Shown: positions 7,926 to 16,200, counted from the stretch's first letter. The stretch is DNA of 20,000 nucleotides from an uncultured virus (IMG/VR IMGVR_UViG_3300034374_006354) (IMGVR_UViG_3300034374_006354), one strand, 5' to 3'. Notes: generated by a model not told the origin, from the letters alone. Program-made: numbers and translations.

Positions 7926-9546
7926 TATCATCTTCCTCAGAAATTGGTTCTGGTGTATTAGTTTGTTGGTTGACTATAGAGTCCATAGTCATAGTGTCTA
8001 ATCCACCCATAATTAAATCATCTTGGTTAATCTCATCTTGACCTTCTAGATCATCATAGTCAGAGTCGATAATATCGTTAGCTTTAGCCACTTCCAAGAA
8101 TACGGATCGTGGAATAATGCCGGTTTGATACCACTCTGTAACCAGACGCAACCAATCAGCACCTAAAGGCGCAGGGTTAAGATCAGGAGTCAAGTTAAAG
8201 GTAATCTCTTCGATATCGTAATCGGTGTCATATTTCCAGTTTAGCATCCACATAAGAATTCGTCTCATTTGAGTAGATACTTTAAAACTGATGGAAGCAA
8301 GCAATGCAGACTGACCCGCATTACGGATCTCCAAAGCTACACCAGAATCTCTACCGCTGCCATTCTCAGCAGCCATCATTCTAATACCCAATCTTGCCAT
8401 TTCATTGACAGAGTTTTGAATGATTTGTTCCATATCTCGAAGAGCTTTTGATGGTGTTTCGAGAGCCTTAACATCCTCTCCTGCACCAACCTTTAGCCAA
8501 GAGCCAAGGCCTCCATCCACAACCTCCTCAAACTGATCATCAGTCATGTCAGAGATTACAACAGGAGTATAAGTTGCTGAACCAAGCAATAAGTGGTTCC
8601 TTCGTGATACTTTGTTGTATAGCGCTACTTCCCTATCGATGAGCGGCATAAGAACCGGTTCATCTCCATCGATATTTCCGTTAAGAGGAACAGCAGGAAT
8701 AAAATTTAATCTTTTTCCATTGGCTAGGATATTGTCATTTATGCCAATAAGCTCCCAACCTGAACCTCCTCCACGATGGAAGTCATTTTGTTCTTGACCA
8801 TTGATAAACTGTACATCTACTGGCTTCTTTTTAATCTGGTATTTCTTAATTCTATAAAAACCCATTTCATCTAGTTCATGGACATGAACAGTCTCAATAT
8901 AATCCGGATGATAAGGATTCTCAGCAAAGCTTTCTTCATAGCTTCTGATTATCATAAATTTAAGAACATGTTTTCCAGTTATGGGGTGTTTACCCATCTT
9001 CCAGTTAATAACAGATTCGGCCTGAATAAGGATAGGATAAGGTCTAATCTTATCTCTGTCTTCTTTTTCTAGTGCCTCGATATTAGGAACCACAGGATGG
9101 TCCACCATTACCCAAGCTCTAGAGGTATGAAGCTCCTCTGTAAGAGCATCATTAAGGAATGATAATAGAGAATTACCATTCGCAGTAAATTCGTTTTTAA
9201 TCCAATCTAATGCACCTTCAGGTACACCGTCTGGTAAAATTACTTCAGGTTGTTTTCGAAGCATACCACCAATCAATACTTTAACATATTGAGAGGTAAG
9301 TCCAGGCAGTTCTGCTTCTGCTTTATAAAACTTATATTGAGATTCCGTCATAGACGGAGAGAAGGGCAATAAGATATTACTAAACCCTATTGCATCCAAG
9401 GTGTTATCCAGAGCCTTAGCGTGTGCTTGACCATTCAGGATGCCCCTAGATAACCTCCAAAGAGGCTTCAAGGACTCATACCTTGAATTAGGATCTCCAA
9501 CCGTTTTACTACGGTTATTGGAGGTACCTGTACTATTTGTAGACAT
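7918..9546 (-). CDS. Portal protein (DUF4055-like)
   Basis: 542 aa directly after TerL; Y..Y...AE...LT....L.G...RKQP N-terminus, ILIQAESVINW, FIPAVPLN, acidic tail. Confidence 0.88.
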   Translation of the reverse strand: MSTNSTGTSNNRSKTVGDPNSRYESLKPLWRLSRGILNGQAHAKALDNTLDAIGFSNILLPFSPSMTESQYKFYKAEAELPGLTSQYVKVLIGGMLRKQPEVILPDGVPEGALDWIKNEFTANGNSLLSFLNDALTEELHTSRAWVMVDHPVVPNIEALEKEDRDKIRPYPILIQAESVINWKMGKHPITGKHVLKFMIIRSYEESFAENPYHPDYIETVHVHELDEMGFYRIKKYQIKKKPVDVQFINGQEQNDFHRGGGSGWELIGINDNILANGKRLNFIPAVPLNGNIDGDEPVLMPLIDREVALYNKVSRRNHLLLGSATYTPVVISDMTDDQFEEVVDGGLGSWLKVGAGEDVKALETPSKALRDMEQIIQNSVNEMARLGIRMMAAENGSGRDSGVALEIRNAGQSALLASISFKVSTQMRRILMWMLNWKYDTDYDIEEITFNLTPDLNPAPLGADWLRLVTEWYQTGIIPRSVFLEVAKANDIIDSDYDDLEGQDEINQDDLIMGGLDTMTMDSIVNQQTNTPEPISEEDDNE

Positions 9547-9557
9547 CTAAGCCTCCG

Positions 9558-10898
9558 TTAAAATGTGTATGATTGTCTTGATCTTTTCTTAGTCCCTGCT
9601 GTTACAGGGAACAAGAATTCTGAAGCGTATCTTACACCGTCTGAATGGTGTTCTACGCCTTCTGATTTATCGATCATAGCAGAATCTGGATTATTTTCTT
9701 TCCAGACAGTTCTTTCCATTGATCTAATAGTATTCTTACATCTTGGATGAAATAGCATTCGTACCTCACCAGCTGCTGTTTTAAGCATCCTGTTTACTGA
9801 TGCAACAGAATCTACAATAGGTGGGTTCTTGTTTCTTGCCCTAGTCTCGAAGTTAAAGCTTTGCAGAATAGAGAAGTCAGTTCTTCCTACCGCTGCAGAA
9901 GACTTTCTGTTACGGCCTGTAGGGTCAGGATAACAAATAATCTTATGACCCTTATCTCCATATTGGGCTTTAAGCCTTTTACCTAAAGTTTCTGTATCGG
10001 GATGACCCATAAAGTCCTCTAAGAAGTGCATTTGACCTCCTCTCAATGCAAACAAAGAGGTGGCCATAATACCTACGTTGAAGTCAATACACGCATGAAC
10101 ATCTTCTCCCTCTTCAAAGTAGGGGATAGTATTCGTTACATGATCACGTCTATTAAAGTTATAGAACAGGTTGTTACCTGATTCATCAAAGGACGCTTCA
10201 TATTCCCTCTTAAACTGGAGGGGATCCATTGTGTGTAAATCCCGCTCAATTTCTTCTGGATCAAGGTAGGGACTATCTTTGTATGTAAAATGGTAACTTC
10301 CCCATCGATCGTCGACGGATTCGTTATTGTATAAGTCATAAAAATAATCTTTACCTTTGGGCGTACTAATAATGAGGGATCGTCCTGGTGAAGGAGCACC
10401 TAATGCTCTCGCCCGTTCTGGTGACCATCTAGTAGCTACACAAGGCCTAATCACGGATTCCCATGACTCCCTAAATGAACTACCTGCCCCACCCCAAGAG
10501 GTTACCTCATCGAGCACAACAAAATATTGACCTGAGCCCCTGAGTCGTTCGGACGCTTCATAAGACCATAGTTTCAATATAACGTTATTAGGGAACCAGA
10601 ATGTTCCTGAGTGCATACTACACTTATCTGCCCAATCTTCCATCCCAAATTGCCAAGCAATCATAGGAAAGTAAATATCTAAAGTTTGTTGGTAAGTAGG
10701 AGCAATGAGAGCCACATTCTTATTAGGAACATCTGCTGGCATATTAACTAAATCTTGTACTGCCAAACAAGCCGCTGCTCCTGCAAGATAACTCTTACCA
10801 AATCCCCGAGAAGCACAACAGACTGCATTCCTGATCCTCTTTTCTACAAAGAGATCATTAATGATCTGCGACTGGCCCGGGTGTAGAGTGATACTCAT
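9558..10898 (-). CDS. terL: Terminase large subunit
   Basis: Walker A ASRGFGKS, LIAPTYQQ, Walker B VVLDE, coupling motif ISTPKG, FKREYEASF, RNase H-like nuclease IDFN...HHSDGVRY. Confidence 0.95.
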   Translation of the reverse strand: MSITLHPGQSQIINDLFVEKRIRNAVCCASRGFGKSYLAGAAACLAVQDLVNMPADVPNKNVALIAPTYQQTLDIYFPMIAWQFGMEDWADKCSMHSGTFWFPNNVILKLWSYEASERLRGSGQYFVVLDEVTSWGGAGSSFRESWESVIRPCVATRWSPERARALGAPSPGRSLIISTPKGKDYFYDLYNNESVDDRWGSYHFTYKDSPYLDPEEIERDLHTMDPLQFKREYEASFDESGNNLFYNFNRRDHVTNTIPYFEEGEDVHACIDFNVGIMATSLFALRGGQMHFLEDFMGHPDTETLGKRLKAQYGDKGHKIICYPDPTGRNRKSSAAVGRTDFSILQSFNFETRARNKNPPIVDSVASVNRMLKTAAGEVRMLFHPRCKNTIRSMERTVWKENNPDSAMIDKSEGVEHHSDGVRYASEFLFPVTAGTKKRSRQSYTF

Positions 10899-11386
10899 TT
10901 CATAAATCTCCTAAAGAGTAACTTGATCCTTCCTTTGAAAGATCTAGTATTCTCAATATCTTCTTTTAATCCGTAATAACCAAGATTAGTATATTCTTCT
11001 GTTGTATACCACAACCATTTCTTTGGATCAAAGCGTTTTGGAATCTCATTAGTACACTTGAGATGCTTCGTAGCTATCTCATAACCAATATATTGTCCGG
11101 GGAAGAACGCTTTATGCTTTCCATCAGAAAAATTATAGCATGAATCCTTGTCATAGAATTCTGAAAGGAGTTCTGATTCCTTTTCCTGACATTCTTGCCG
11201 ACTGCCACGGAAGACAATTTCCCTCTTGAAATGCATCTTTGGATCAGAATAATCCCTCCAGAATTCCCAATTTCTACTAGAGCAGACATAGGAATCATCT
11301 TCGGATCCTTTATGATACCCAATGTATATCTTACCACTAGATTGGTTTGTAAGAATATATACAAAGGAAGTCTGCTTGTTGTCCAT
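10895..11386 (-). CDS. GIY-YIG (Seg-like) free-standing endonuclease
   Basis: VYILTN...GKIYIG motif, YxxSS, conserved E (KESELL) and YN; overlaps the terL start (ATGA). Confidence 0.75.
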   Translation of the reverse strand: MDNKQTSFVYILTNQSSGKIYIGYHKGSEDDSYVCSSRNWEFWRDYSDPKMHFKREIVFRGSRQECQEKESELLSEFYDKDSCYNFSDGKHKAFFPGQYIGYEIATKHLKCTNEIPKRFDPKKWLWYTTEEYTNLGYYGLKEDIENTRSFKGRIKLLFRRFMK

Positions 11387-12049
11387 TTAACTCTCCATTA
11401 CTTCTAACCACATTCTACACGCATCGCTCCTTTGGCAGTCTTTGAGGGTGAACTCAATGACTGGGATTGGTAGATTGTGTTTATTAATCTTTTCAACTAG
11501 CCAAGATAACCCCGAATTACAAGGTATATCCTTCTGTTTTAGGTCTCCATTAATTAGTAGTTTGGCGTTTACTCCTACGCGAGTAACTAACATCATTGCC
11601 TGTTCAACTGTCAGGTTCTGACATTCATCCGCTAGGATCCATGTGTCATCAAATGTTCTACCACGCATCAATTGCAATGGTACAATCTCAATATTCTTCC
11701 CTAAGTCACATTTAACCTTACCGTGTCCTACTCGTTGTGCGATGACATCTAGTACAGGCATTGCCCAAGGAATTGTTTTGTCGTCAAGATCACCGGGAAG
11801 GTGTCCTAACTCTTCACCTACGGGAACCATGGGTCTGGTAATGACAATTTTCCTTTTGGGAGAACGTGCATACCAGTCTGCCGCCAACCCTGCTGTAATG
11901 AATGTTTTTCCTGTTCCAGCAGAGCCCGTAGTGACTACTTGATCATAATATGAAATAGCATCTATAAGCTTTTCTTGGTTTAGAGTTTTCGCCTGAATTT
12001 GAGGCGCAGAAAACTGTTGTTGATATTGTTTCTTAGCTCTTTTACCCAT
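11387..12049 (-). CDS. phoH: PhoH-family ATPase
   Basis: AKTLNQ, GSAGTGKT, ITRP, LGHLPGDL, MRGRTF, DECQN, GDLKQKD, RS motifs. Confidence 0.95.
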   Translation of the reverse strand: MGKRAKKQYQQQFSAPQIQAKTLNQEKLIDAISYYDQVVTTGSAGTGKTFITAGLAADWYARSPKRKIVITRPMVPVGEELGHLPGDLDDKTIPWAMPVLDVIAQRVGHGKVKCDLGKNIEIVPLQLMRGRTFDDTWILADECQNLTVEQAMMLVTRVGVNAKLLINGDLKQKDIPCNSGLSWLVEKINKHNLPIPVIEFTLKDCQRSDACRMWLEVMES

Positions 12050-12071
12050 TTATATGAGACCTTCGTTAGTT

Positions 12072-12117
12072 AACACAAAAGGCTCTTGAGGCTTACTCGT
12101 CCGCCCCAGAGGAGCCT
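12072..12117 (-). terminator. Hairpin with U-rich tail between the HNH-like gene and phoH (terminator/attenuator or processing site)
   Basis: Minus strand AGGCTC-ctct-GGGGC...GCCTC-aa-GAGCCT followed by TTTGTGTT. Confidence 0.4.
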
Positions 12118-12119
12118 GA

Positions 12120-12566
12120 CTACCTGTAGGTTTTCTCAACCCACTTTGCAAACAAAAGAAGTTCCTCTTCTCCCGCTTGGCTTTTCATGGCATTAGCCAA
12201 TCCAGATATGAATTGAATATTTCCACGAATATAACCCTTACTAGGATCAATCCTGTCTAATGTAGGACTTGATCTCCATCCTTCATTATCGGTGTAATTA
12301 CCTACCTTGAGTTTAATACCAAGGATAGGGCATTTAAAATCGTAAGGGAGAATATCTACAAGATCTTGCATAGTAATATCAGCGGGTACTCCCTTCTTTT
12401 CTGCTCGTCTGATACAGTCTTTCTTAGTAGAGTTAAGCCACCTGCATAATGTAGTGTCATTTACAAGATCTTTAAAATGGTTCTCGCAACCAATGCATAC
12501 TTTCCTTTTAGGATTGAAACGTTGGCATACGTTAGCGTCATTATGGCAGACATAGCAGCTAGTCAT
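12120..12566 (-). CDS. HNH/EndoVII-like endonuclease family protein
   Basis: CPILG...SPTLDRIDPSKGYIRGNIQFIS..ANAMK beta-beta-alpha-Me-like signature common in phages; N-terminal Cys cluster. Confidence 0.75.
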   Translation of the reverse strand: MTSCYVCHNDANVCQRFNPKRKVCIGCENHFKDLVNDTTLCRWLNSTKKDCIRRAEKKGVPADITMQDLVDILPYDFKCPILGIKLKVGNYTDNEGWRSSPTLDRIDPSKGYIRGNIQFISGLANAMKSQAGEEELLLFAKWVEKTYR

Positions 12567-12990
12567 TTAGGCTATTCCTTGCTACACCTTTCATTTTCTC
12601 ATAGGTCCTCATACCGCCCAGCCCTAAAAGACCAAGTAGGAGAGGCATCATCCCTGAGATATCAATAGTAGGAAATACAACAGGTACTCCTGCTAATGCA
12701 CAGAGAAAAGTGAGCAGTGGACCTATGAGGAAGTTCATAGCGAATCCGATCCCACACACCCAAACAATAAAAGGACGTCCTCCAGAAACAAATAAGCTAC
12801 TGTGTTTAGCCTCTTCTTTATTAATTTCTAGCTGTGCAAGCCTAATAGCCTGCTCATTAGCTGCTTCAAAGGTTTTAATCTTGAAAGCTAATTCATCTTT
12901 ACTAATTTTTCCATCTTGCCATTGGCGGATAAGGTCACCAACCTCTCCAATGAGGTCTCCACCAAGGACACTTAATATTTTACTTAGCAT
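12559..12990 (-). CDS. 3-TM holin (GTA holin / DUF3154-like)
   Basis: EINKEEAKHSSLFVSGGRPFIVWVCG...LGLGGMRTYEKMKGV matches the family pattern (usually GWRP); hydrophobic C-terminal helices. Confidence 0.8.
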   Translation of the reverse strand: MLSKILSVLGGDLIGEVGDLIRQWQDGKISKDELAFKIKTFEAANEQAIRLAQLEINKEEAKHSSLFVSGGRPFIVWVCGIGFAMNFLIGPLLTFLCALAGVPVVFPTIDISGMMPLLLGLLGLGGMRTYEKMKGVARNSLND

Positions 12991-12991
12991 A

Positions 12992-13630
12992 TTATTTATC
13001 CTTAAAGGCTAGTGCAGCTCCCTTAAGCCTTCCTACAGCAATATTACATCTAGTCATTTCCTTATCAGAAACATGATCTGCTTCATGAGAAGCAAAAGAG
13101 CAATAGGTAACTGCAGTAGCATCTAGTCCTTTAATTTCTTCTGTAGATATATGAAATAAAGCAGCAGATTTAACACCTTCAGCCAGATATACCCTTTTAA
13201 GAGCACAATCTGGCATATCATCTACCTTAAATCTCATACTATTCTTGATAATAATTTCTTTAATCCTAGACCTATAATCATCATCCAATTCGAAGTGGAC
13301 ATAATTAATAGGTACTTGACCTCTTAATCTCATTTGCAGAATAGAGGAGGTCCACTGGGGGTTATATTTACCATTCCAAGCCCTAAATACTAAAAACCGA
13401 TCAAGACTAGTATGTTGCAATATACCCCTAATATCTTCCTCGATATGATCCCATTCCTGTATAAATTCAGCAAAGTCTAAAGCCTTCCTACTAAAATCCA
13501 TTTCTGCTTTAGCTTGAGATAACATAATATTTTGTTGTCGTATTTTTCTTTGCCCTAATAAGGCAGTAATACAGACACCCAAAAAGGTAATACCAGCCAC
13601 AATAATAGCTGTCCAATCCAGTCCTAACAT
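12992..13630 (-). CDS. Membrane-anchored protein, N-terminal TM plus probable GAF-like domain
   Basis: TM about aa 6-26, basic coiled-coil linker, then DRFLVFRAWNG...LAEGVKSAALF pattern; adjacent to the holin. Confidence 0.55.
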   Translation of the reverse strand: MLGLDWTAIIVAGITFLGVCITALLGQRKIRQQNIMLSQAKAEMDFSRKALDFAEFIQEWDHIEEDIRGILQHTSLDRFLVFRAWNGKYNPQWTSSILQMRLRGQVPINYVHFELDDDYRSRIKEIIIKNSMRFKVDDMPDCALKRVYLAEGVKSAALFHISTEEIKGLDATAVTYCSFASHEADHVSDKEMTRCNIAVGRLKGAALAFKDK

Positions 13631-13727
13631 TAGTGTTCCCCTTAGGGATAAGTTGTTTAGGTTTAGTTAATAACATCAACTAGCCTCTTCCTATAGGATT
13701 CCTTAGTAAGCTTCCGCTAAGGGGTTC

Positions 13728-13744
13728 CTATAGGGTCATTAATG
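13728..13744 (-). promoter_or_regulatory. Degenerate phage-RNAP promoter copy CATTAATGACCCTATAG
   Basis: 14/17 match to the copy at 13764-13780, same orientation. Confidence 0.35.
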
Positions 13745-13763
13745 ATATACCGGGGTCTATTTT

Positions 13764-13780
13764 CTATAGGGTGATCAATT
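13764..13780 (-). promoter_or_regulatory. Candidate phage-RNAP promoter AATTGATCACCCTATAG
   Basis: Repeated 17-bp motif with T7/SP6-like CTATAG end; points into the lysis/packaging/structural operon. Confidence 0.7.
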
Positions 13781-13801
13781 CATTCCCGGCAGTTTTTAGT
13801 T

Positions 13802-13818
13802 CTTTAATGTGATCAATT
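13802..13818 (-). promoter_or_regulatory. Candidate phage-RNAP promoter AATTGATCACATTAAAG
   Basis: Same motif with T3-like TAAAG end; identical to the copy at 14183-14199. Confidence 0.7.
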
Positions 13819-14152
13819 AGTTACTCCCATCAACAACCTGTTTAAGATAATCCATTGCTTCCTTACCTTTTAATCGCTTTTGTCGTTGTTTTCTGAGCCT
13901 TTCATTGTGACAATCTTTACAGATTTTGTTTCTTCCAAGGGGTTTACGCTTATTAAGCCCAAAGTTTGAAGCATCCTTCTCTGTGTGACAAGCAGAGCAC
14001 GTAATGGGATCACTTGTTGGTTCGTAGTTGAATTTCTTGGCATACTCCCTCTGACACTCTAAACACTTATAGGAATAACCTCTCTTCTTGGAGCTATCCA
14101 TAGGAAATCTATATTCCGGTTTCGTTTCTTTACAAGTAGAACATTTTAACAT
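13817..14152 (-). CDS. Zinc-finger protein with two CxxC..K....F......G....CxxC repeats (no nuclease domain)
   Basis: CSTC/CLEC and CSAC/CKDC pairs; GGAGG RBS; same repeat type as the N-terminus of the HNH at 16230. Confidence 0.7.
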   Translation of the reverse strand: MLKCSTCKETKPEYRFPMDSSKKRGYSYKCLECQREYAKKFNYEPTSDPITCSACHTEKDASNFGLNKRKPLGRNKICKDCHNERLRKQRQKRLKGKEAMDYLKQVVDGSN

Positions 14153-14182
14153 ATTTCCTCCATATTAAATTATTCTATTCTT

Positions 14183-14199
14183 CTTTAATGTGATCAATT
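14183..14199 (-). promoter_or_regulatory. Candidate phage-RNAP promoter AATTGATCACATTAAAG
   Basis: Motif ends about 30 nt before the ATG of the first gene of the leftward operon, with a GGAGG RBS in between. Confidence 0.7.
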
Positions 14200-14323
14200 T
14201 GATCCTTCCAAAAAATTTTTTACTAATTCCCTATAGACCTTCGCTCAGTCGCTATCGCCTACGCTCTATGCTCCTTCGCTTAAAACCCTCATTTATTTGA
14301 TAGCGCTACGCTTTTGCTCAAGG

Positions 14324-14340
14324 TATTGAGCTCTCTATAG
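14324..14340 (+). promoter_or_regulatory. Degenerate phage-RNAP promoter TATTGAGCTCTCTATAG
   Basis: 14/17 match to the copy at 16969 and followed by the same GAC; 27 nt upstream of the first plus-strand gene. Confidence 0.5.
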
Positions 14341-14367
14341 GACAAAACTTAAATAAAGGAAGCTTAA

Positions 14368-14592
14368 ATGATAATCCCAGTAATCGCTGGTAGCTACCAA
14401 GAATTCCTATACTGGAGAAAAGGACAACCCGTAGACGACTATAGGTATATCCCTGTTAACACCATAGACCCCTTAAGAGGCACTAGGTTCACTGAAATAA
14501 AAAAGATAGGCACTTATCTAGACAGATGGAGCCTTGATACCCTACGTGAATTAGAACTATTAGAAATTAATATATCATCAAGATATAAATAA
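14368..14592 (+). CDS. Hypothetical protein
   Basis: 74 aa, AAGGA RBS, first gene of a compact plus-strand cluster. Confidence 0.7.
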   Translation: MIIPVIAGSYQEFLYWRKGQPVDDYRYIPVNTIDPLRGTRFTEIKKIGTYLDRWSLDTLRELELLEINISSRYK

Positions 14593-14604
14593 AGGAGCCC
14601 TTAA

Positions 14605-14922
14605 ATGAAATCATTAGTGATCATAGCGGTCCTACTAATGATTCCATTAAGGACCCTAGGTGACATAGAGATAGACCTCTCTATCCCTAGATATAATGAT
14701 TATGATGTAATTAAATCAGGCAAATTAGAATGTCGACAAGCAGTTACTTCACACAAAAAAGTAGAGATTGGTATAGTAGATGGTAAGATATACTCTAGAT
14801 TAATCATTCCTATTGGCAAAAGACCCAAGAGGTTTGATTGTAGTAAATTATATGACTTAGTCATTAAAGAACTAGAATTGAGACTTTTAAGGTCTTATGA
14901 TGCAAAGGAATTAACTCAATGA
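14605..14922 (+). CDS. Hypothetical exported protein (signal peptide, two Cys)
   Basis: AAGGAG RBS; MKSLVIIAVLLMIPL hydrophobic N-terminus. Confidence 0.7.
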   Translation: MKSLVIIAVLLMIPLRTLGDIEIDLSIPRYNDYDVIKSGKLECRQAVTSHKKVEIGIVDGKIYSRLIIPIGKRPKRFDCSKLYDLVIKELELRLLRSYDAKELTQ

Positions 14923-15176
14923 ATATTAAGGAAATAGCTACCATTGTGATAGGTACTGTGTCCATTACTTTGTCCATTTTAGGTTGGATGGAGTTAAGAT
15001 TTAGCACAAAACAAGAAGCTGAGTTCAGACACATAGAAACCCAAATGGGTATTAATGATATTAGATTAAGGTCATTCGAAGAAAGGGGCATTGATAACCT
15101 TGATGAAACAGAGAAGAGAATATATGAAGCCCTTAAAGATACACAAGCTAATTTAGCAGAAAGGAGGGCTAAATAA
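14919..15176 (+). CDS. Single-TM coiled-coil membrane protein
   Basis: ATGA overlap with the previous gene; N-terminal TM followed by a charged helical region. Confidence 0.7.
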   Translation: MNIKEIATIVIGTVSITLSILGWMELRFSTKQEAEFRHIETQMGINDIRLRSFEERGIDNLDETEKRIYEALKDTQANLAERRAK

Positions 15177-15478
15177 TGAGAAGCATTAAGGACATGTATA
15201 GCGGCACAAGAGTTATTCTCTTAGGGCTAGTGGGTATTCTATCCTTGCTATATATGTTTAACGTATATGCCCACCGTAACCAACATCATAATGATTGGCA
15301 TGTGTATAGCAATACCATGAATGGTTATATGAGTATCATCAATACCTCTAATCATTGGCATGTGTGTACCATTGGTGTGTACCAATTTGAACTACCACCT
15401 GCTAGACTCAACCAATATGGACAGGTAGTACCTTCAGAATCAAGGAGGTATCCCGCAGGGCCATGGGGGTGTTATTAA
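15176..15478 (+). CDS. Hypothetical membrane-anchored or exported protein
   Basis: TAATG coupling, GGAGG RBS, hydrophobic segment ending in VYA. Confidence 0.65.
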   Translation: MRSIKDMYSGTRVILLGLVGILSLLYMFNVYAHRNQHHNDWHVYSNTMNGYMSIINTSNHWHVCTIGVYQFELPPARLNQYGQVVPSESRRYPAGPWGCY

Positions 15479-15565
15479 GGGGTCGTCTAGCGATTCCAAG
15501 AGATACAAGATAAGAATAGAAATGGTCGGGACTGTTTCTAGTAAGGGGTCATCTAACGACTCCAA
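15476..15565. repeat. 24-bp imperfect direct repeat (15476-15499 / 15542-15565)
   Basis: TAAGGGGTCgTCTAgCGAtTCCAA versus TAAGGGGTCaTCTAaCGAcTCCAA, 3 mismatches. Confidence 0.8.
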
Positions 15566-15652
15566 TGACCCTTAGTGGTTCCTTAACTTCGTGATGGGCG
15601 GAGCTAGTGGAATCATTAGGGGTCTTTTTACGGGGAGTCATATAGGGTTCTT

Positions 15653-15710
15653 TAGTGGTCTTTGGTGGGGGTATATGGTTCCCTAGTGGTCTTTGGTGGG
15701 GATATATGGT
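15653..15710. repeat. 27-bp direct repeat, period 31
   Basis: TAGTGGTCTTTGGTGGGG(G/A)TATATGGT at 15653-15679 and 15684-15710, 1 mismatch. Confidence 0.9.
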
Positions 15711-16172
15711 ATATGATGGGGTGTATTCGAACCCTGCTATATGTATGAAATCAAATTCATTCGATCCCCTAATGCAAACTTGGTCTCTCCCTACACAAGA
15801 TCAATATGCGAGAAAAAAGAATCAAAGAGGGACCATATGCCCCCACTATGCCTCCCACATACCTCACCACTCGGGAATCACCCGGCATCCACGGTGATAC
15901 CATGTAAGATTATGTAGGTTTCAAGAGTGCTCCTCTCTGCCCCTCTCTGGGACATTAAGAAAAGCTATACCTAGGCCATGGGTAGGCCATTAATTGTCCT
16001 TAGTGGTCATATATGGTTCACTGGTGGTCATTAGTGGTGAGGGTTTTAATTAGAGAGTGATTTAATGATTTATTAATGGTTATCCGTGGACTAACTGATA
16101 TTTCTCTTTATAAGCAAAGATTGAGTTTTTACACGCAATAATATGCATAGTTATTTATATTTGTTAAATAGA

Positions 16173-16200
16173 TTGATTTTACATTACCCCCTCTTATAAT
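16173..16200 (+). promoter_or_regulatory. Possible sigma70 promoter TTGATT-N16-TATAAT
   Basis: Perfect -10, 4/6 -35, AT-rich upstream; overlaps the phage-type motif at 16198. Confidence 0.4.

Noticed and set aside
10139..10158. CATGATCACGTCTATTAAAG inside terL resembling the promoter
   Set aside because: Wrong spacing, lacks AATT, antisense and within coding sequence.
339..13012. Numerous plus-strand and alternate-frame ORFs in the track (e.g. 339-671, 2334-2585, 2482-2808, 5360-5629, 10136-10399, 11074-11364, 11643-11942, 12710-13012)
   Set aside because: They shadow well-supported minus-strand structural genes and show no motifs.
13689..13818. 37-bp periodicity as a CRISPR-like array
   Set aside because: Period too short for repeat plus spacer; units are degenerate and explained by promoter cores.
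15653..15710. 27-bp repeats as a mini CRISPR array
   Set aside because: Only two copies 4 nt apart, no spacer-length unique sequence, no cas genes.
15655..15897. 80-aa plus-strand ORF
   Set aside because: GTG start without a clear RBS, runs through the direct and inverted repeats; likely spurious.
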